Part shown: in pieces, positions 45,363 through 56,164 of the stretch
How positions within the stretch are numbered: the first letter of the stretch is position 1
How the letters are laid out: each line of letters starts with the position of its first letter
NCBI GenBank assembly: GCA_963677595.1
Contig: OY782041.1
Location: 1,440,001 to 1,504,000 of the forward strand
Length of the DNA stretch: 64,000 nucleotides
Reading direction: 5' to 3'
Source of the DNA: Spirochaetia bacterium
GTDB lineage: Bacteria > Spirochaetota > Spirochaetia > CAKZLE01
The notes under the pieces: generated by a model
Told to the model about the DNA's origin: nothing
Databases searched by the model: none
The model's input: only the letters and a program-made list of their open reading frames with translations
Program-made: the position numbers and the translations under genes

Positions 45363-46382
45363 CTAGTACTTGACTACACTATTGCGTTGGATCAACTCAC
45401 CTTCGAACAGATATGAATCTTTCTCGAGTTTCTCATTATTGATCAGTCTTACCAATAACTCTATCGCAAGGATTCCCATCGCACTCTTATCGAACTCAAT
45501 GGTAGTCAGATTGGGCTCGATATACCTGCTTAATATGATATTATCCATTCCCATAACTGAAATATCTTCAGGAACCTTAAGCCCTTTCTCCTTTATGGCT
45601 TTGATAGCACCGATTGCATAGATATCTGCAGCACAGAAGACAACAGACGGCAATTCGTTTGTCTGCAGTATTTTGTTCATACATTCATAGCCGGTATTCT
45701 CATCAGAGTCTTTTGCACTGGTCTGTACCCAGGAGAACGGTATATCAATTTGGTATGTTTCCAGCACAGAACGGAACCCCTGGTAGGTCAGAAGCCCAAA
45801 ATGGCTGCTGCTGTCTTCGCCAATATAGGCTATCCTCTTATGCCCCAGGGACAAGATATATTCCAATGACGTGACAGTTCCGTGTATGTAGTCAGCTTCG
45901 ATCGAGATATTCCCTCTCTCAAAATGGTGCTGGTCTATAAGGACCAATGGGATCTCATATCGTTGCAGGCAATGGTAAACTTTCGGATCGATCTCCCCTA
46001 AGATGATTATCCCATCAACATCATTGTTCTTGACGATATCGGGGACTTCGGGTTCCTCGGTTTCTGTTTCAACCGTTGCGAAGATGAAATTGTACCCCAA
46101 CTCGGCACTCTTCGCTACAGTTGCAGAGAGGATGTCGAAATGGAACAACTGGCGCAGCGGTGTTCGTTTGGGATTATACAACATCCCAATGTTATTTGTA
46201 TGATTGAGCAGAAGTCGTCTTGCCTGTTGGTTTGGAACAAAATTCAGCTCCTTAACGACTTCAAGTATATGATTGCGAGTCTTCTCGCTAATACCTTTTC
46301 TATTATTCAGGGCTATAGATACAGCCGAAGGAGATACTTTTGCATACTTTGCTACATCTTTGATGGTAAGCTTATTCTTCAT
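45363..46382 (-). CDS. LacI-family transcriptional regulator
   Basis: HTH TIKDVAKYAKVSPSAVS, hinge PNQQAR.L, and VPEDISV.G.D. Confidence 0.95.
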   Translation of the reverse strand: MKNKLTIKDVAKYAKVSPSAVSIALNNRKGISEKTRNHILEVVKELNFVPNQQARRLLLNHTNNIGMLYNPKRTPLRQLFHFDILSATVAKSAELGYNFIFATVETETEEPEVPDIVKNNDVDGIIILGEIDPKVYHCLQRYEIPLVLIDQHHFERGNISIEADYIHGTVTSLEYILSLGHKRIAYIGEDSSSHFGLLTYQGFRSVLETYQIDIPFSWVQTSAKDSDENTGYECMNKILQTNELPSVVFCAADIYAIGAIKAIKEKGLKVPEDISVMGMDNIILSRYIEPNLTTIEFDKSAMGILAIELLVRLINNEKLEKDSYLFEGELIQRNSVVKY

Positions 46383-46499
46383 AGTCTCCCTTTTCTGTAT
46401 TAGCGATTAATACAACGATTACTTCAGTTCCCTTTTTACTTTATTGATATCTTAGTATATCCTGACACCACAAGCAAGCTCAGGGACAGCTCACAATAC

Positions 46500-47648
46500 C
46501 TATCTGAGGGTAATCCAGGCTTCCTCACCTACACTTTCCAGGATAGATTTCAAGATACGCATCTCCTCTGCCCCAGTCCTGAAGGTAGGTCTATGCCCCT
46601 GTGAATCCAGTTCATGGGTAACGAGATGGCTATAGAAATCCCGGAAGAGATTCAACACCGCATCATTATAGCCAAGCGGGTGCCCTGCAGGCAAAGATGC
46701 GAATCTCTTTACTGAGTCATGCATGAGCTGAGAGTTTTCTAGTAAGATCTCATTCGGCTTATCACGATGGCCAATCCACAACTCCTGTGGATGGAGATGA
46801 GACCATGCATAGGTGCATTCACTCCCTGCGATCATGAACTCAGGAGATGATTTTATCCCATTGCATACCTGGGAAGTCGTGAAACTTCCCGGTGCTCCAT
46901 TTGATAACCTGAACTGAACCGATGAGTACTCTTCCAGGCTTATATCGACCAGCTCTGCTGATGCATCGGTACTTTCTGAGAAGGCCAACACCTCACCAGT
47001 GTTTGGTTTTTGCCGTTTGGGGATGATCGTAGCAAAATCACCACGGACACGATCGACTGACAAACCCGTAAGGTATTGGACGAGATCAAACCAATGGCTC
47101 CCTAGATCTGCTGTGATATTTGATTCTCCACTTCGTAATGGATCAAGCCTCCAGGAATAGTCCGTACTCTTGGAAAGCCAATCTTGGAACCAGGTACCCG
47201 TCACGACCCTCACATCACCACACTCACCGTCAGCAATACGTGCCGCCAATTCCTGAATCACCGGATAATAGCGATAGCAGAAGTCGATGCCGGTTATGAT
47301 AGATTTCTGTTCGCTGAGATCTGCGAGTTCAGCAGCTTCCTCATAGGTCATGGCAAGCGGTTTCTCCGATAACACAGGCTTGCCTTCTAATAATGACGCC
47401 TTGTTTATCTCAAAATGGAATCTGTTAGGGGTGCAATTATGAATAACATCAATTGACGGGTCATAGACGATCTCACGCCAATCAGCAGCTATCTTTTCTA
47501 TACCAAATCTCCTTGCACACTCAGCTGCCAAGGCCTGATTTGTGTCTGTTATGATGGCAACTGTTACTCCCTCTACCCGTGCCAGGGCTTCAAGATGCAC
47601 CTGCCCAATATACCCATTCCCAATAACACCAACACGAATCATGATCAT
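46500..47648 (-). CDS. Gfo/Idh/MocA-family oxidoreductase
   Basis: Motifs GNGYIG, CTPNRFH, EKPLA, QDWL and DLGSHWFD. Confidence 0.9.
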   Translation of the reverse strand: MIMIRVGVIGNGYIGQVHLEALARVEGVTVAIITDTNQALAAECARRFGIEKIAADWREIVYDPSIDVIHNCTPNRFHFEINKASLLEGKPVLSEKPLAMTYEEAAELADLSEQKSIITGIDFCYRYYPVIQELAARIADGECGDVRVVTGTWFQDWLSKSTDYSWRLDPLRSGESNITADLGSHWFDLVQYLTGLSVDRVRGDFATIIPKRQKPNTGEVLAFSESTDASAELVDISLEEYSSVQFRLSNGAPGSFTTSQVCNGIKSSPEFMIAGSECTYAWSHLHPQELWIGHRDKPNEILLENSQLMHDSVKRFASLPAGHPLGYNDAVLNLFRDFYSHLVTHELDSQGHRPTFRTGAEEMRILKSILESVGEEAWITLR

Positions 47649-47668
47649 TCCCCTTTCTTTTTCTTTAT

Positions 47669-48532
47669 TTAACTTTTGACAGCCCCTGCAGTGAGTCCGC
47701 CGATCAGATGTTTGCTCAACAAGATAAAAACCAGGACCACTGGGATTGAGGTGATGACTGAAGCCGCCATCATCTGTCCCCAACTGATGGAAAACTGTCC
47801 AACAAATGACTCAATAATGCCGGCTGGGATAGTTCTCATAGACGGTTTGTCCATAAGCGTCAGTGATATAACGTACTCATCCCAACATTGAATGAAAATC
47901 ACAACTGCCGCAGCACTCAACCCGGGTCTCACATTTGGAAGCACCACTTTTATCATAGTCTGCATCCGGGTGCATCCATCAACCTTTGCCGCATAATCAA
48001 GCTCGAATGGGATCGAATCAAAATACCCTTTCAGCATCCAGAGGGAAAACGGCAAGGAAAACATCAAATACGCAAAGATCAACCCAGGGAAGGTACTGAC
48101 AAGGTTCAGGTTCAAAAAGCTTTGATACAACGGGATGAGGATAAGTACGATGGGGAACGTCTGTGAGACTAACACAAAATTCTTAAAGAACCGTTTTGCC
48201 TTGAATTGTATCCTTGATAGTGCATATGCCCCAGGCGTAATCACGACCAGCGTAACGGCAACCGTGAGAACGGCTGTTATGAGGCTATTCCTGAAATAGG
48301 TGAGGAAGTGGACCATCTGTGATGAATCACCAAACAGGACATCTGTATAGTTCTGGAAATACCATCTATCCGGGACCAGTGAGGGAGGGATGGTGAAGAT
48401 CTCTACCTGGGTCTTAAACGATACATTGATCATCCAGTAGATCGGAAGCAGACAAAGTCCAAGGAGTACCAACACAAGCATACCCCTCAATACCTTCCTG
48501 GCTTTTTTCAGTATACATTGTGTTCTCATCAT
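47669..48532 (-). CDS. Carbohydrate ABC transporter permease
   Basis: Motifs ELDYAAKVDG, WDEY and GLTAGAVK. Confidence 0.9.
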   Translation of the reverse strand: MMRTQCILKKARKVLRGMLVLVLLGLCLLPIYWMINVSFKTQVEIFTIPPSLVPDRWYFQNYTDVLFGDSSQMVHFLTYFRNSLITAVLTVAVTLVVITPGAYALSRIQFKAKRFFKNFVLVSQTFPIVLILIPLYQSFLNLNLVSTFPGLIFAYLMFSLPFSLWMLKGYFDSIPFELDYAAKVDGCTRMQTMIKVVLPNVRPGLSAAAVVIFIQCWDEYVISLTLMDKPSMRTIPAGIIESFVGQFSISWGQMMAASVITSIPVVLVFILLSKHLIGGLTAGAVKS

Positions 48533-49440
48533 ACATCCTCATTCCCGACCACTCGAATATAGATTGCACTGAACACAATCAGGAAAACCATCCAGAAGAT
48601 ACCGATCGCTGATGAGTAACCCATGTTCATACTCCCCTTGAACGATGATCGGTAGATCAATACCGGAAGGGTCGTAGTGGCATCCACCGGTCCGCCTTTG
48701 GTTGTGGACCAGATTATGGTCATATACTGAAACATCCAGATGAACTCCAGGATCGTTGCCAGCGTGATGATCTCTCTCAAGTTCGGCAGCGTGACATGTA
48801 TGAATCTTTGGATCACATTCGCCCCATCAATGGTGGCTGCCTCAACCTCAGATACCGGGATTGCCTGTAATCCGGCATACATGAGTACAAACATGAACGG
48901 GAACATCTTCCATATGGTTGCAGCCAGAATCGAAACCCGTGCCAGGTTGGGCTCCTTGAACCAGGGTAAGAATTCGTCAATGAGTCCCAACTGGCTGAGC
49001 ACCACATTGACGATCCCGTTGTAGCCATCAAAGAAGAGGAACTTCGCAATCAACGCTACAACAACAGAGGGGATGATCCAGGAAACAAAGAAAAGACTGT
49101 TTATGATATTCTTCCCCGGCATCTGAAAATTGATCAGGAGGGCTAATGAGAACCCGATGATGAATTCTCCCAGCACACATCCTCCAACATAGAGGATTGT
49201 CTGGAGAAACGCCTTCCAGAATGCAGCATTACTGAACATCCTGATATAGTTGGTTAGACCAATGAACTCCATTCCACGACTATCAGTCAGAAAGTAGCGG
49301 AAGAAGCTTGTATATATGGCTTTACCCAGCGGGACCACCATGATAAAGCAAACCACAACGACTGTCGGCAGAAGCAGGATGAATGCAAACATCTGATCTG
49401 ATGCCTGAAACTTCTTCCTGCTGAGTACTGGTGAATCCAT
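48529..49440 (-). CDS. Carbohydrate ABC transporter permease
   Basis: Motifs FIGLTNY, EAATIDGA and TKGGP. Confidence 0.9.
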   Translation of the reverse strand: MDSPVLSRKKFQASDQMFAFILLLPTVVVVCFIMVVPLGKAIYTSFFRYFLTDSRGMEFIGLTNYIRMFSNAAFWKAFLQTILYVGGCVLGEFIIGFSLALLINFQMPGKNIINSLFFVSWIIPSVVVALIAKFLFFDGYNGIVNVVLSQLGLIDEFLPWFKEPNLARVSILAATIWKMFPFMFVLMYAGLQAIPVSEVEAATIDGANVIQRFIHVTLPNLREIITLATILEFIWMFQYMTIIWSTTKGGPVDATTTLPVLIYRSSFKGSMNMGYSSAIGIFWMVFLIVFSAIYIRVVGNEDV

Positions 49441-49465
49441 GTTGATCTCCTTGGCACCAATCTTG

Positions 49466-49503
49466 GCAACTCTATACTATCATATTATATAGTATAGAGT
49501 TGC
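49466..49503 (-). other. Intercistronic hairpin after the SBP gene (mRNA stabiliser or partial terminator)
   Basis: 15-bp perfect stem GCAACTCTATACTAT / ATAGTATAGAGTTGC. Confidence 0.65.
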
Positions 49504-49512
49504 TCATAAGCA

Positions 49513-50775
49513 TTATTCTTTTATCATTTCTTCTAGATTCATCTGCAGAGCATTGAGCTCAGCTTCAGTACTATTCATACCTAACAGTATGGACTGGATC
49601 GACTGCATACACGTTATTTCAAGCTCAGTCTTCTTCTGAAGCATCCATACGTTTGGATTCCTTAGATTTGCCATAGCTTCAAGGCTTACTTTGGCAGCTG
49701 GATTATCATAGATATCCTTTTCATAATAGCTTGCAATAGAGGGGAGAAGACCGGTCCCTAGATAATATTCGGAAGTCAACTCTTCGTCAGAGGTGATAAA
49801 CTTCATGAGGTCCCAAGCCAGGTTCTTATGCTCGGACTGTGCGGACATCGCAAGAAAGTGTGAACACGGTGTTGATTTACCCGGAACTGGTACGACGCCC
49901 CAATCATCACTGTTCATTCCCATCCCATCAAGGACACCTGTGATCCATGGCCCTTCCAGGAAGAACCCGACTTTTCCTTGTGCGAACAGGGTTCGTAAGT
50001 TCCTCACCTCTTCCCCAAAAGGTACGACTCCTGTATCGACGAGTCTCTTTACCATATTTACGGTTTCAATCATTTCAGGACTGTTCACAACAGGTTGTAA
50101 GTCGTTATTGAACATATCTGCATTGTTCATCCAGGAAACAATATGGAAGAAATCTGCAGAGTATTCATCTATGCCCAGCTGGAGACCTAATCCAAACACA
50201 TCATCGCCAAGATCGCTAATTGCCTGGGCTTGGTCTAACAGGTCTTGAAGGTCTGTCGGATTACCGGAAACGCCTGCTTGTTCAGCCAATCTCTTATTAT
50301 ACACAAGGAACATAGGGTTTGGGTTCCAGACCAACGCAGCCATTCTTCCATTCATCATACCACTGTCCACCGCAGATGCGATCTCTGCAGCAAATTCAGG
50401 ATCCCCCTTCAGATACGGGGTCAGATCCTCAACACAATTCGGCATAGACTCAAACTTCCCAAGCCACAACGATTCGATAGTGAAGATATCGGGCATGTTC
50501 TTGGCGATAGTCTGCTGAACGATCTTATCGGGAGTATCTTCCCAAGCCAGCGGTACGATCTCTACCGTGACCCCTTCATGCATCGCTTCCCATTCTTTCA
50601 GCTTTTCGGGCAGGATCTTCTCACCCCCGGAGGCTTCCGCAAGCATCCAGCTCGCGAACTTCAACGTGATCTGTTCTTCCTTCTCAGCGGTTCCCTGTGC
50701 TGAGACGGCAGACAACCCAATAACGAGACATACCACTACAGAGATCAATAGCCTAGATACCCCTTTCCAACTCAT
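49513..50775 (-). CDS. Carbohydrate ABC transporter substrate-binding protein
   Basis: Signal peptide …SAQGTAE; motifs PDIF, LVYNK and FAQGKVGFFLEGPW. Confidence 0.9.
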   Translation of the reverse strand: MSWKGVSRLLISVVVCLVIGLSAVSAQGTAEKEEQITLKFASWMLAEASGGEKILPEKLKEWEAMHEGVTVEIVPLAWEDTPDKIVQQTIAKNMPDIFTIESLWLGKFESMPNCVEDLTPYLKGDPEFAAEIASAVDSGMMNGRMAALVWNPNPMFLVYNKRLAEQAGVSGNPTDLQDLLDQAQAISDLGDDVFGLGLQLGIDEYSADFFHIVSWMNNADMFNNDLQPVVNSPEMIETVNMVKRLVDTGVVPFGEEVRNLRTLFAQGKVGFFLEGPWITGVLDGMGMNSDDWGVVPVPGKSTPCSHFLAMSAQSEHKNLAWDLMKFITSDEELTSEYYLGTGLLPSIASYYEKDIYDNPAAKVSLEAMANLRNPNVWMLQKKTELEITCMQSIQSILLGMNSTEAELNALQMNLEEMIKE

Positions 50776-51048
50776 CTGTTCTCTCCTTTTCTCATAGGAC
50801 ACACCTATACGTACTATATCCTTTCATATATCACCTGGTACGTATGATATTGAAAGCCCGTCCCCAACAGCTTGTACAGCAGCAGGCAATCCCATGTTAC
50901 ATAATGCGGCTTAATAGGATACCCCAAATGGCATCTCCTAGGAAGGCTCCCTATTAATCCTTGTGCTTCAGTGAATCACTACTCCTATACAGCATCATTA
51001 CAATCCAGCCCATACTATCGATCACACTATTCCCGTTATATTCAGCAT

Positions 51049-51861
51049 TCACTCATTGAAATAGTTGATGACCTCCTGCAAAGATTCCCCGGAGGGCAGT
51101 ACAGGCCAATATTCCAAACCGAAGTATCCTGTATATCCAAGGTGTATGATTTCATTCACTATGTATTTGTAGTTCAATTCATTGTTCTCCAAAGGCTCAT
51201 GCCTGCCGGGAACGCCTGCTATATGGAAATGGCCAATCCATTCAATATTGGATCTGAGGAAATCAACAATATTCCCATCCATGATCTGCATATGGTAGAT
51301 GTCATAGAGCATCTTCACATTGCTAAGATTGACCCTCTTGAGTATCTCTATACTCTTGTGTGGATCATCCAAATAGTAGTCCGGATGATCTGTTCTGGTA
51401 TTGAAGGCTTCCAGTATGATATTCATACCATGCTGCTGACATATGCTCCCGATATCAGAGAGGGCCTCAACCATGGCATCATCAGCCTCATCATCTGGCA
51501 ACCCAGCTATGGTATTACCGCTTCCACTTATAAAATTCGTACATCCTATTTTCTTTGCCAAGCCGATCATCTCTTCGAGGTTATCAAGGATCCGCTGCTT
51601 CTCCTCACGTTGTATCAGGGCGGCAATGATTCCCCCATCGGGATGATTCAGTACGAAATCCACGGTCTTCAGTCCATACTGTTCATTCAACTCAGCTATG
51701 TGTCCAAAGTCCTTCAATCCCGGTTCCAAGCCATTCTCGTCAAACCACATATCATGGAACCAGAATTCATATGCTGAAAATCCTATATCACGTATCGCTT
51801 TCAGTTTTTGATCAATCGTATAACCAGGGAAAAAAGGTTCTATGCATACATCCAAATTCAT
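51049..51861 (-). CDS. Hydroxypyruvate-isomerase (Hyi)-family TIM-barrel isomerase
   Basis: Motifs LEAFN..DHPDY, YDIYHMQIMDG, HIAGVPGRHEP and GLEY. Confidence 0.88.
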   Translation of the reverse strand: MNLDVCIEPFFPGYTIDQKLKAIRDIGFSAYEFWFHDMWFDENGLEPGLKDFGHIAELNEQYGLKTVDFVLNHPDGGIIAALIQREEKQRILDNLEEMIGLAKKIGCTNFISGSGNTIAGLPDDEADDAMVEALSDIGSICQQHGMNIILEAFNTRTDHPDYYLDDPHKSIEILKRVNLSNVKMLYDIYHMQIMDGNIVDFLRSNIEWIGHFHIAGVPGRHEPLENNELNYKYIVNEIIHLGYTGYFGLEYWPVLPSGESLQEVINYFNE

Positions 51862-51873
51862 AGCGGTTCCTCC

Positions 51874-53157
51874 CTACAGCATCACTGCAGCAACTTTTCG
51901 AATAGCAGATGCTATGAGGCTGCATTGACTCTCGGTCAATTGTGGGGGTATGTCCAGATGGACGATTCGAGAAAGGTACTCAAGCGTATTCGGATTCATA
52001 TCTACGGAATATTCAACCTCCTCACCCGTATGGTACGGACACGTCCACGGACATCCTTCCGGTGTGGGGGTCTTTTTCTCCAGAATATGAGTCCAATGTG
52101 CATAGATATGCCAATCAGGAACTCCGGAGTTATACACACCGGCAGCTTTAACACCCTCAGCATTCAAGGCTGCGATAAACTCACCCGTCTTTTCCTTGCT
52201 ATCAAGGTAGAACATGAGGCATATCCCGACATCCCCTTCTGGATCGTTCACAGGCCTGATCGTGATACCCGGGATTCCCTGTATACCATCAGTGATCATG
52301 CTTTGATTCCTTCGCATATGAGTCAGTAGTGACTCCAACCGGGAAAGCTGTGCCAACATGACGGCTCCGGTCAATTCACTCATGCGATAGTTTGTCCCGG
52401 AGAACAGTTCCCCATCATATCGTTCTTCTGCAAATCTATTCGGTCTCCAACAGGCTGCGGTATCATGATACCCCATACACCGGTTATAGAGGAGAGGATC
52501 ATTCGTGACGATCATACCTCCCTCACCTGCCGTTATGATCTTATGGTACTGAAAGGAGAAACACCCGCAATCACCAAACGTCCCGAGGGCTTTCCCTTTA
52601 TAGGTCCCACCAACAGCTTGTGCCACATCCTCTATAACGCGCAGGTTATGCCTTTTGGCAATATCCATGATCCTATCCATATCACATGGGACTCCACGCA
52701 TATGAACAGCAACAATGGCCTTTGTCTGTGCTGTTATTTTTCGCTCTATATCATCACAGTCAATGGTCAGGGTTTCATCAACTTCGGCTATAACCGGGAT
52801 CGCTTTCGCTGCTACGACAGCTGCACAGGAAGCAAAGAAGGTATATCCAGGGACGATCACTTCATGTCCAGGTCCAACTCCGCATGCGATCAATGCTGTA
52901 ATGAGCGCCCCAGTACAATTTGTTGTTGCCAGAGCATATTTGGAACCTACATATGTAGAGAATTTCTGTTCCAGGAGTTCTACCTTCGATGGATACTCTT
53001 CCGGTCCGTAATATCGGAACAGATACTTCCGATCAAGCACTTCCATCACCTGTCTCTTTTCTTCCTCACCAATCTCCAGTCCTCCAGGGTACATCGGGAT
53101 TCCAAAATCGCCACATACTGGCTTGCCACCATTGATCGCAAGTTGCTCTTTCATCAT
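51874..53157 (-). CDS. DegT/DnrJ/EryC1/StrS-family PLP aminotransferase
   Basis: LAINGG start; motifs PGYTF.A, IEDVAQA, PLP-Lys SFQYHKIITAGEGG and G.NYRM. Confidence 0.92.
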   Translation of the reverse strand: MMKEQLAINGGKPVCGDFGIPMYPGGLEIGEEEKRQVMEVLDRKYLFRYYGPEEYPSKVELLEQKFSTYVGSKYALATTNCTGALITALIACGVGPGHEVIVPGYTFFASCAAVVAAKAIPVIAEVDETLTIDCDDIERKITAQTKAIVAVHMRGVPCDMDRIMDIAKRHNLRVIEDVAQAVGGTYKGKALGTFGDCGCFSFQYHKIITAGEGGMIVTNDPLLYNRCMGYHDTAACWRPNRFAEERYDGELFSGTNYRMSELTGAVMLAQLSRLESLLTHMRRNQSMITDGIQGIPGITIRPVNDPEGDVGICLMFYLDSKEKTGEFIAALNAEGVKAAGVYNSGVPDWHIYAHWTHILEKKTPTPEGCPWTCPYHTGEEVEYSVDMNPNTLEYLSRIVHLDIPPQLTESQCSLIASAIRKVAAVML

Positions 53158-53172
53158 ACTCTCCTAAAGATT

Positions 53173-53227
53173 ACTAAATGCTTTTAGTTTATGAATACAT
53201 GCTACTCCAGGTTCACTGTTTTGTCAA
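53173..53227 (-). promoter_or_regulatory. Promoter and LacI-type operator of the aminotransferase operon
   Basis: Minus strand reads TTGACA-17 nt-TAGCAT; palindrome ACTAAA-TGCT-TTTAGT at 53173-53188; second copy ACTATACCGTTTTAGT at 53315-53330. Confidence 0.65.
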
Positions 53228-53491
53228 ACTGTTTTTTATTTTATTGTATTTTATACATATATTAATAGCTATGCAAGAAATAGTATACCTGAAACTGATT
53301 TACGTAAGAATAATACTATACCGTTTTAGTTTTCTATAGCTTATAGAGAGCACATACGACGGAACACCCCTTCACGTATGGCTGGAAGCAGGGTTCAATC
53401 GAGGAATTGCAGATGAGATTTGATGTTGGATCCTGAAAACAAAAGGATAAGAAGATACAACTGGTCAATACAAACCTAGCTGTACGTGCCC

Positions 53492-54964
53492 TCAGGGAAT
53501 AATTTCCTCCTGCCGCAGATACAGCCTCTCATAACCAATACCGGTCAGCAGCTCACAGGTCTTCCTGACTTCAGGGTCTACATCCTCTCTGCTGCCACCT
53601 GCTTCTAATCTTTTCATCTCACCTATGATCTGTGCATGCCGTTGGGGGGTTATCCTGAAACGAAGGCCGCTTATGATGCCGAGGATGATCAGTACTATCG
53701 GCCCCAGGAGGAAGAAGAGCCGCAGGGCTTCCTGCGTCTGAAGGCTCTGTACCTGGTTCGATACGAACCCGATACGTGTCAGGACGAAACCGATTAGCGG
53801 CATGACGATGAGCCCCTGGATCATCTTCCTGATCAGGGTCATAGCCCCTGCATAGATGCCGGAACGCTTCCTGCCCGTGATCAGCTCATCGACATCGATG
53901 ACACTCGGCAGGATCGCCCAAGGGATGAGAATACCGGCTGAGGTGCCGGATCCGATGAGCGCACAGACCACAGCGATCGTTATCGTACTCGATACCGGAG
54001 AGAGAAAGAGGAAGGAGGCACTTAATCCGATCGAGCACATGACCATGCCGACCACATAGGCGAAGCCCTTTCCCCGCCGGTTGGAGATCATAGTATAGAC
54101 CGGCATCATGGCTATCTGCACCACCAGAAGAGAACCCATAGCCACCGCATACAGCTCCGGGCGCTGCAGGTAGTAGGTCAGGAAATAGACGAAGAGTGCC
54201 ATCAGGATATCAGAGGCGGTATAGGCGGAGATATAGATGCTGACATGGATCCTGAACGACCTGTTCCGCATGATCGATGCGAACTGCCGGAAGATCGCCG
54301 TCCCGCTGCTTCTCTGGACACCGCCTGCATACGGGAGCTCCCAGGTCCCGAGATAGACCAGGACCCAGGGGATAGAGTAGAGGATGCCGAAGATGATCGC
54401 CATGGCGACATAACCCTGGCTAGCCCCTTCCGGGTACCTCCCGATGACTATGCTCGGTATCGTCCCCGCGAGGAGGGCCGAGATCCCGGAGAAGATCATC
54501 CGTGCTGCCGAGAGCCGGGAACGCTGCCTGAAGTCAGGTGTCAGCTCCGCATTCAGGGCAGCATAGGGCACCATGACCATGGTGAACACCGTACTGAAGA
54601 AGAGATAGGCAATACTGTAGTAGATGAAGACTGCTGCCTGGGCTGTGAAGCTCACCGGCAGCCAGAGCAGGAAGAAACTGACGAAGACCGGCACGATCCC
54701 AACCAGGAAGTAGACCCGCCTTCGCCCATGCCTCGATCGCGTCATATCAGAGAGATAGCCCATCAGCGGGTCTGACACGGCATCCCATACCTTCCCGATA
54801 GCAAATACCATGCTCGCAGCCGCGGGGGACAAGCCCGCAACCTCCGTAAGGTAGAAGAGAAACAGCATCCCGATGATCAGGAAGGAGCCTCCCCCGTAGA
54901 CATCCCCTATCCCGTAGCTCAACAGGGTCCTCACAGTCACCCTGTGCTCTTCCGCTGGTTTCAT
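53492..54964 (-). CDS. GPH-family (MelB-like) MFS glycoside:cation symporter
   Basis: Motifs YGIGD, WDAVSDP..G..SD.T….GRRR and VPY.AL..ELT. Confidence 0.9.
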   Translation of the reverse strand: MKPAEEHRVTVRTLLSYGIGDVYGGGSFLIIGMLFLFYLTEVAGLSPAAASMVFAIGKVWDAVSDPLMGYLSDMTRSRHGRRRVYFLVGIVPVFVSFFLLWLPVSFTAQAAVFIYYSIAYLFFSTVFTMVMVPYAALNAELTPDFRQRSRLSAARMIFSGISALLAGTIPSIVIGRYPEGASQGYVAMAIIFGILYSIPWVLVYLGTWELPYAGGVQRSSGTAIFRQFASIMRNRSFRIHVSIYISAYTASDILMALFVYFLTYYLQRPELYAVAMGSLLVVQIAMMPVYTMISNRRGKGFAYVVGMVMCSIGLSASFLFLSPVSSTITIAVVCALIGSGTSAGILIPWAILPSVIDVDELITGRKRSGIYAGAMTLIRKMIQGLIVMPLIGFVLTRIGFVSNQVQSLQTQEALRLFFLLGPIVLIILGIISGLRFRITPQRHAQIIGEMKRLEAGGSREDVDPEVRKTCELLTGIGYERLYLRQEEIIP

Positions 54965-55050
54965 ACCGTCTCCAGATCTTGAATTTTACATATTGTAACA
55001 TAGTGAGGTGCCCAGAGAAACAAAAACTGTCGGAGTTCATGGATCATTCA

Positions 55051-56145
55051 TCAACCAAGGTTCCTGATAGCCTCGACCATGGCCCTCACCATCTCAGGCG
55101 GGGTATCTGCCTGGATGATCTGTGATGGGGCCATGAGGTAGTTCCCGTCCCTGCCCAGGATCCCGTACAGTCTCCTGATCTCCTCTTCCAGTGCAGGAAT
55201 ATTACCGGAAGGCAGGAGATGCTTCTGGTCGATCCCGCCGAAGAACGAGATCCGCTGTCCGTACCGTTCCTGGAGCCCTTCGGGGTCGGATCCCGGGACA
55301 TTCGGCTGAACCGGATTGTAGACTGACACCCCGATCTCGATGAGGTCCTCCATCATTGAGGAGACCGGCCCTTCCGAGTGGAAGATGAAGAGGATGCCGG
55401 GATACTGCTCCCTGATGGTCCTGATCATACGCGCATACCGCGGCTTGAACTCATGACGCCACATGTCAGGGGAGATGAGCGAGGAGGTGAGCGTTCCCAG
55501 GTCGTCCCCGAACCAGATCGCGTCAACGCCGAGGCCCGAGAGCTGCAGTGCGATACCAAGGGTCCATGACTCGACCCGGTCGTTCAGTACACTGACCCAT
55601 GCCTCTTCCTTGGCGAAGGCAAGCATGTATGCCTGCATGCCGCAGAACCGCCACGCAAGCTCGAAGAGGGACATCTCGCACTCACCGATGATGAAGTGGG
55701 TATCCCTGAACTCTTCGATATCATGCTGTGCATCGATGAAGCGGCCTGGTGCATAGGGGTCGGGGAAATCATAGGTCTCAATGTCTTTAATCGTCGCGGC
55801 ATCTGCCAGGGGGTATACAACAGGCTCGGCAAAGGGGTACATCGTCTTCATGTGCATGCCGAACTCGTTTACCGTGGTCCCGTCAGGTCCCGGTTCAGGG
55901 ACGAATCCTTCCCTGACCGTGCCGCCTACGATGACGCAGTCGCTGCCGAGGGCTGTGCGTATCCGGTTGGATGAGATCCTCTCATTCAGGACCTCATAAT
56001 AGGATCGTGCATATGAAGCCGGGATATCCAGGGCCTTTGCGAACTGGTCAGTCAGGGACCTGCAGAGATCGAACTGGATCGGCGGCCTGTCCGGTTTCCC
56101 ATCCTTGATGTGGAAAGCCCGCAGTACCCGCTCCCGGGAATTCAT
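55051..56145 (-). CDS. URO-D / MtaA-CmuA-family protein
   Basis: Motifs MNSRERV…PDRPP, NEFG, GDDLG…ISP..W, HSEG, NPVQP and FFGGID. Confidence 0.8.
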   Translation of the reverse strand: MNSRERVLRAFHIKDGKPDRPPIQFDLCRSLTDQFAKALDIPASYARSYYEVLNERISSNRIRTALGSDCVIVGGTVREGFVPEPGPDGTTVNEFGMHMKTMYPFAEPVVYPLADAATIKDIETYDFPDPYAPGRFIDAQHDIEEFRDTHFIIGECEMSLFELAWRFCGMQAYMLAFAKEEAWVSVLNDRVESWTLGIALQLSGLGVDAIWFGDDLGTLTSSLISPDMWRHEFKPRYARMIRTIREQYPGILFIFHSEGPVSSMMEDLIEIGVSVYNPVQPNVPGSDPEGLQERYGQRISFFGGIDQKHLLPSGNIPALEEEIRRLYGILGRDGNYLMAPSQIIQADTPPEMVRAMVEAIRNLG

Positions 56146-56164
56146 ATGCACCTCCTCTTTCGAG

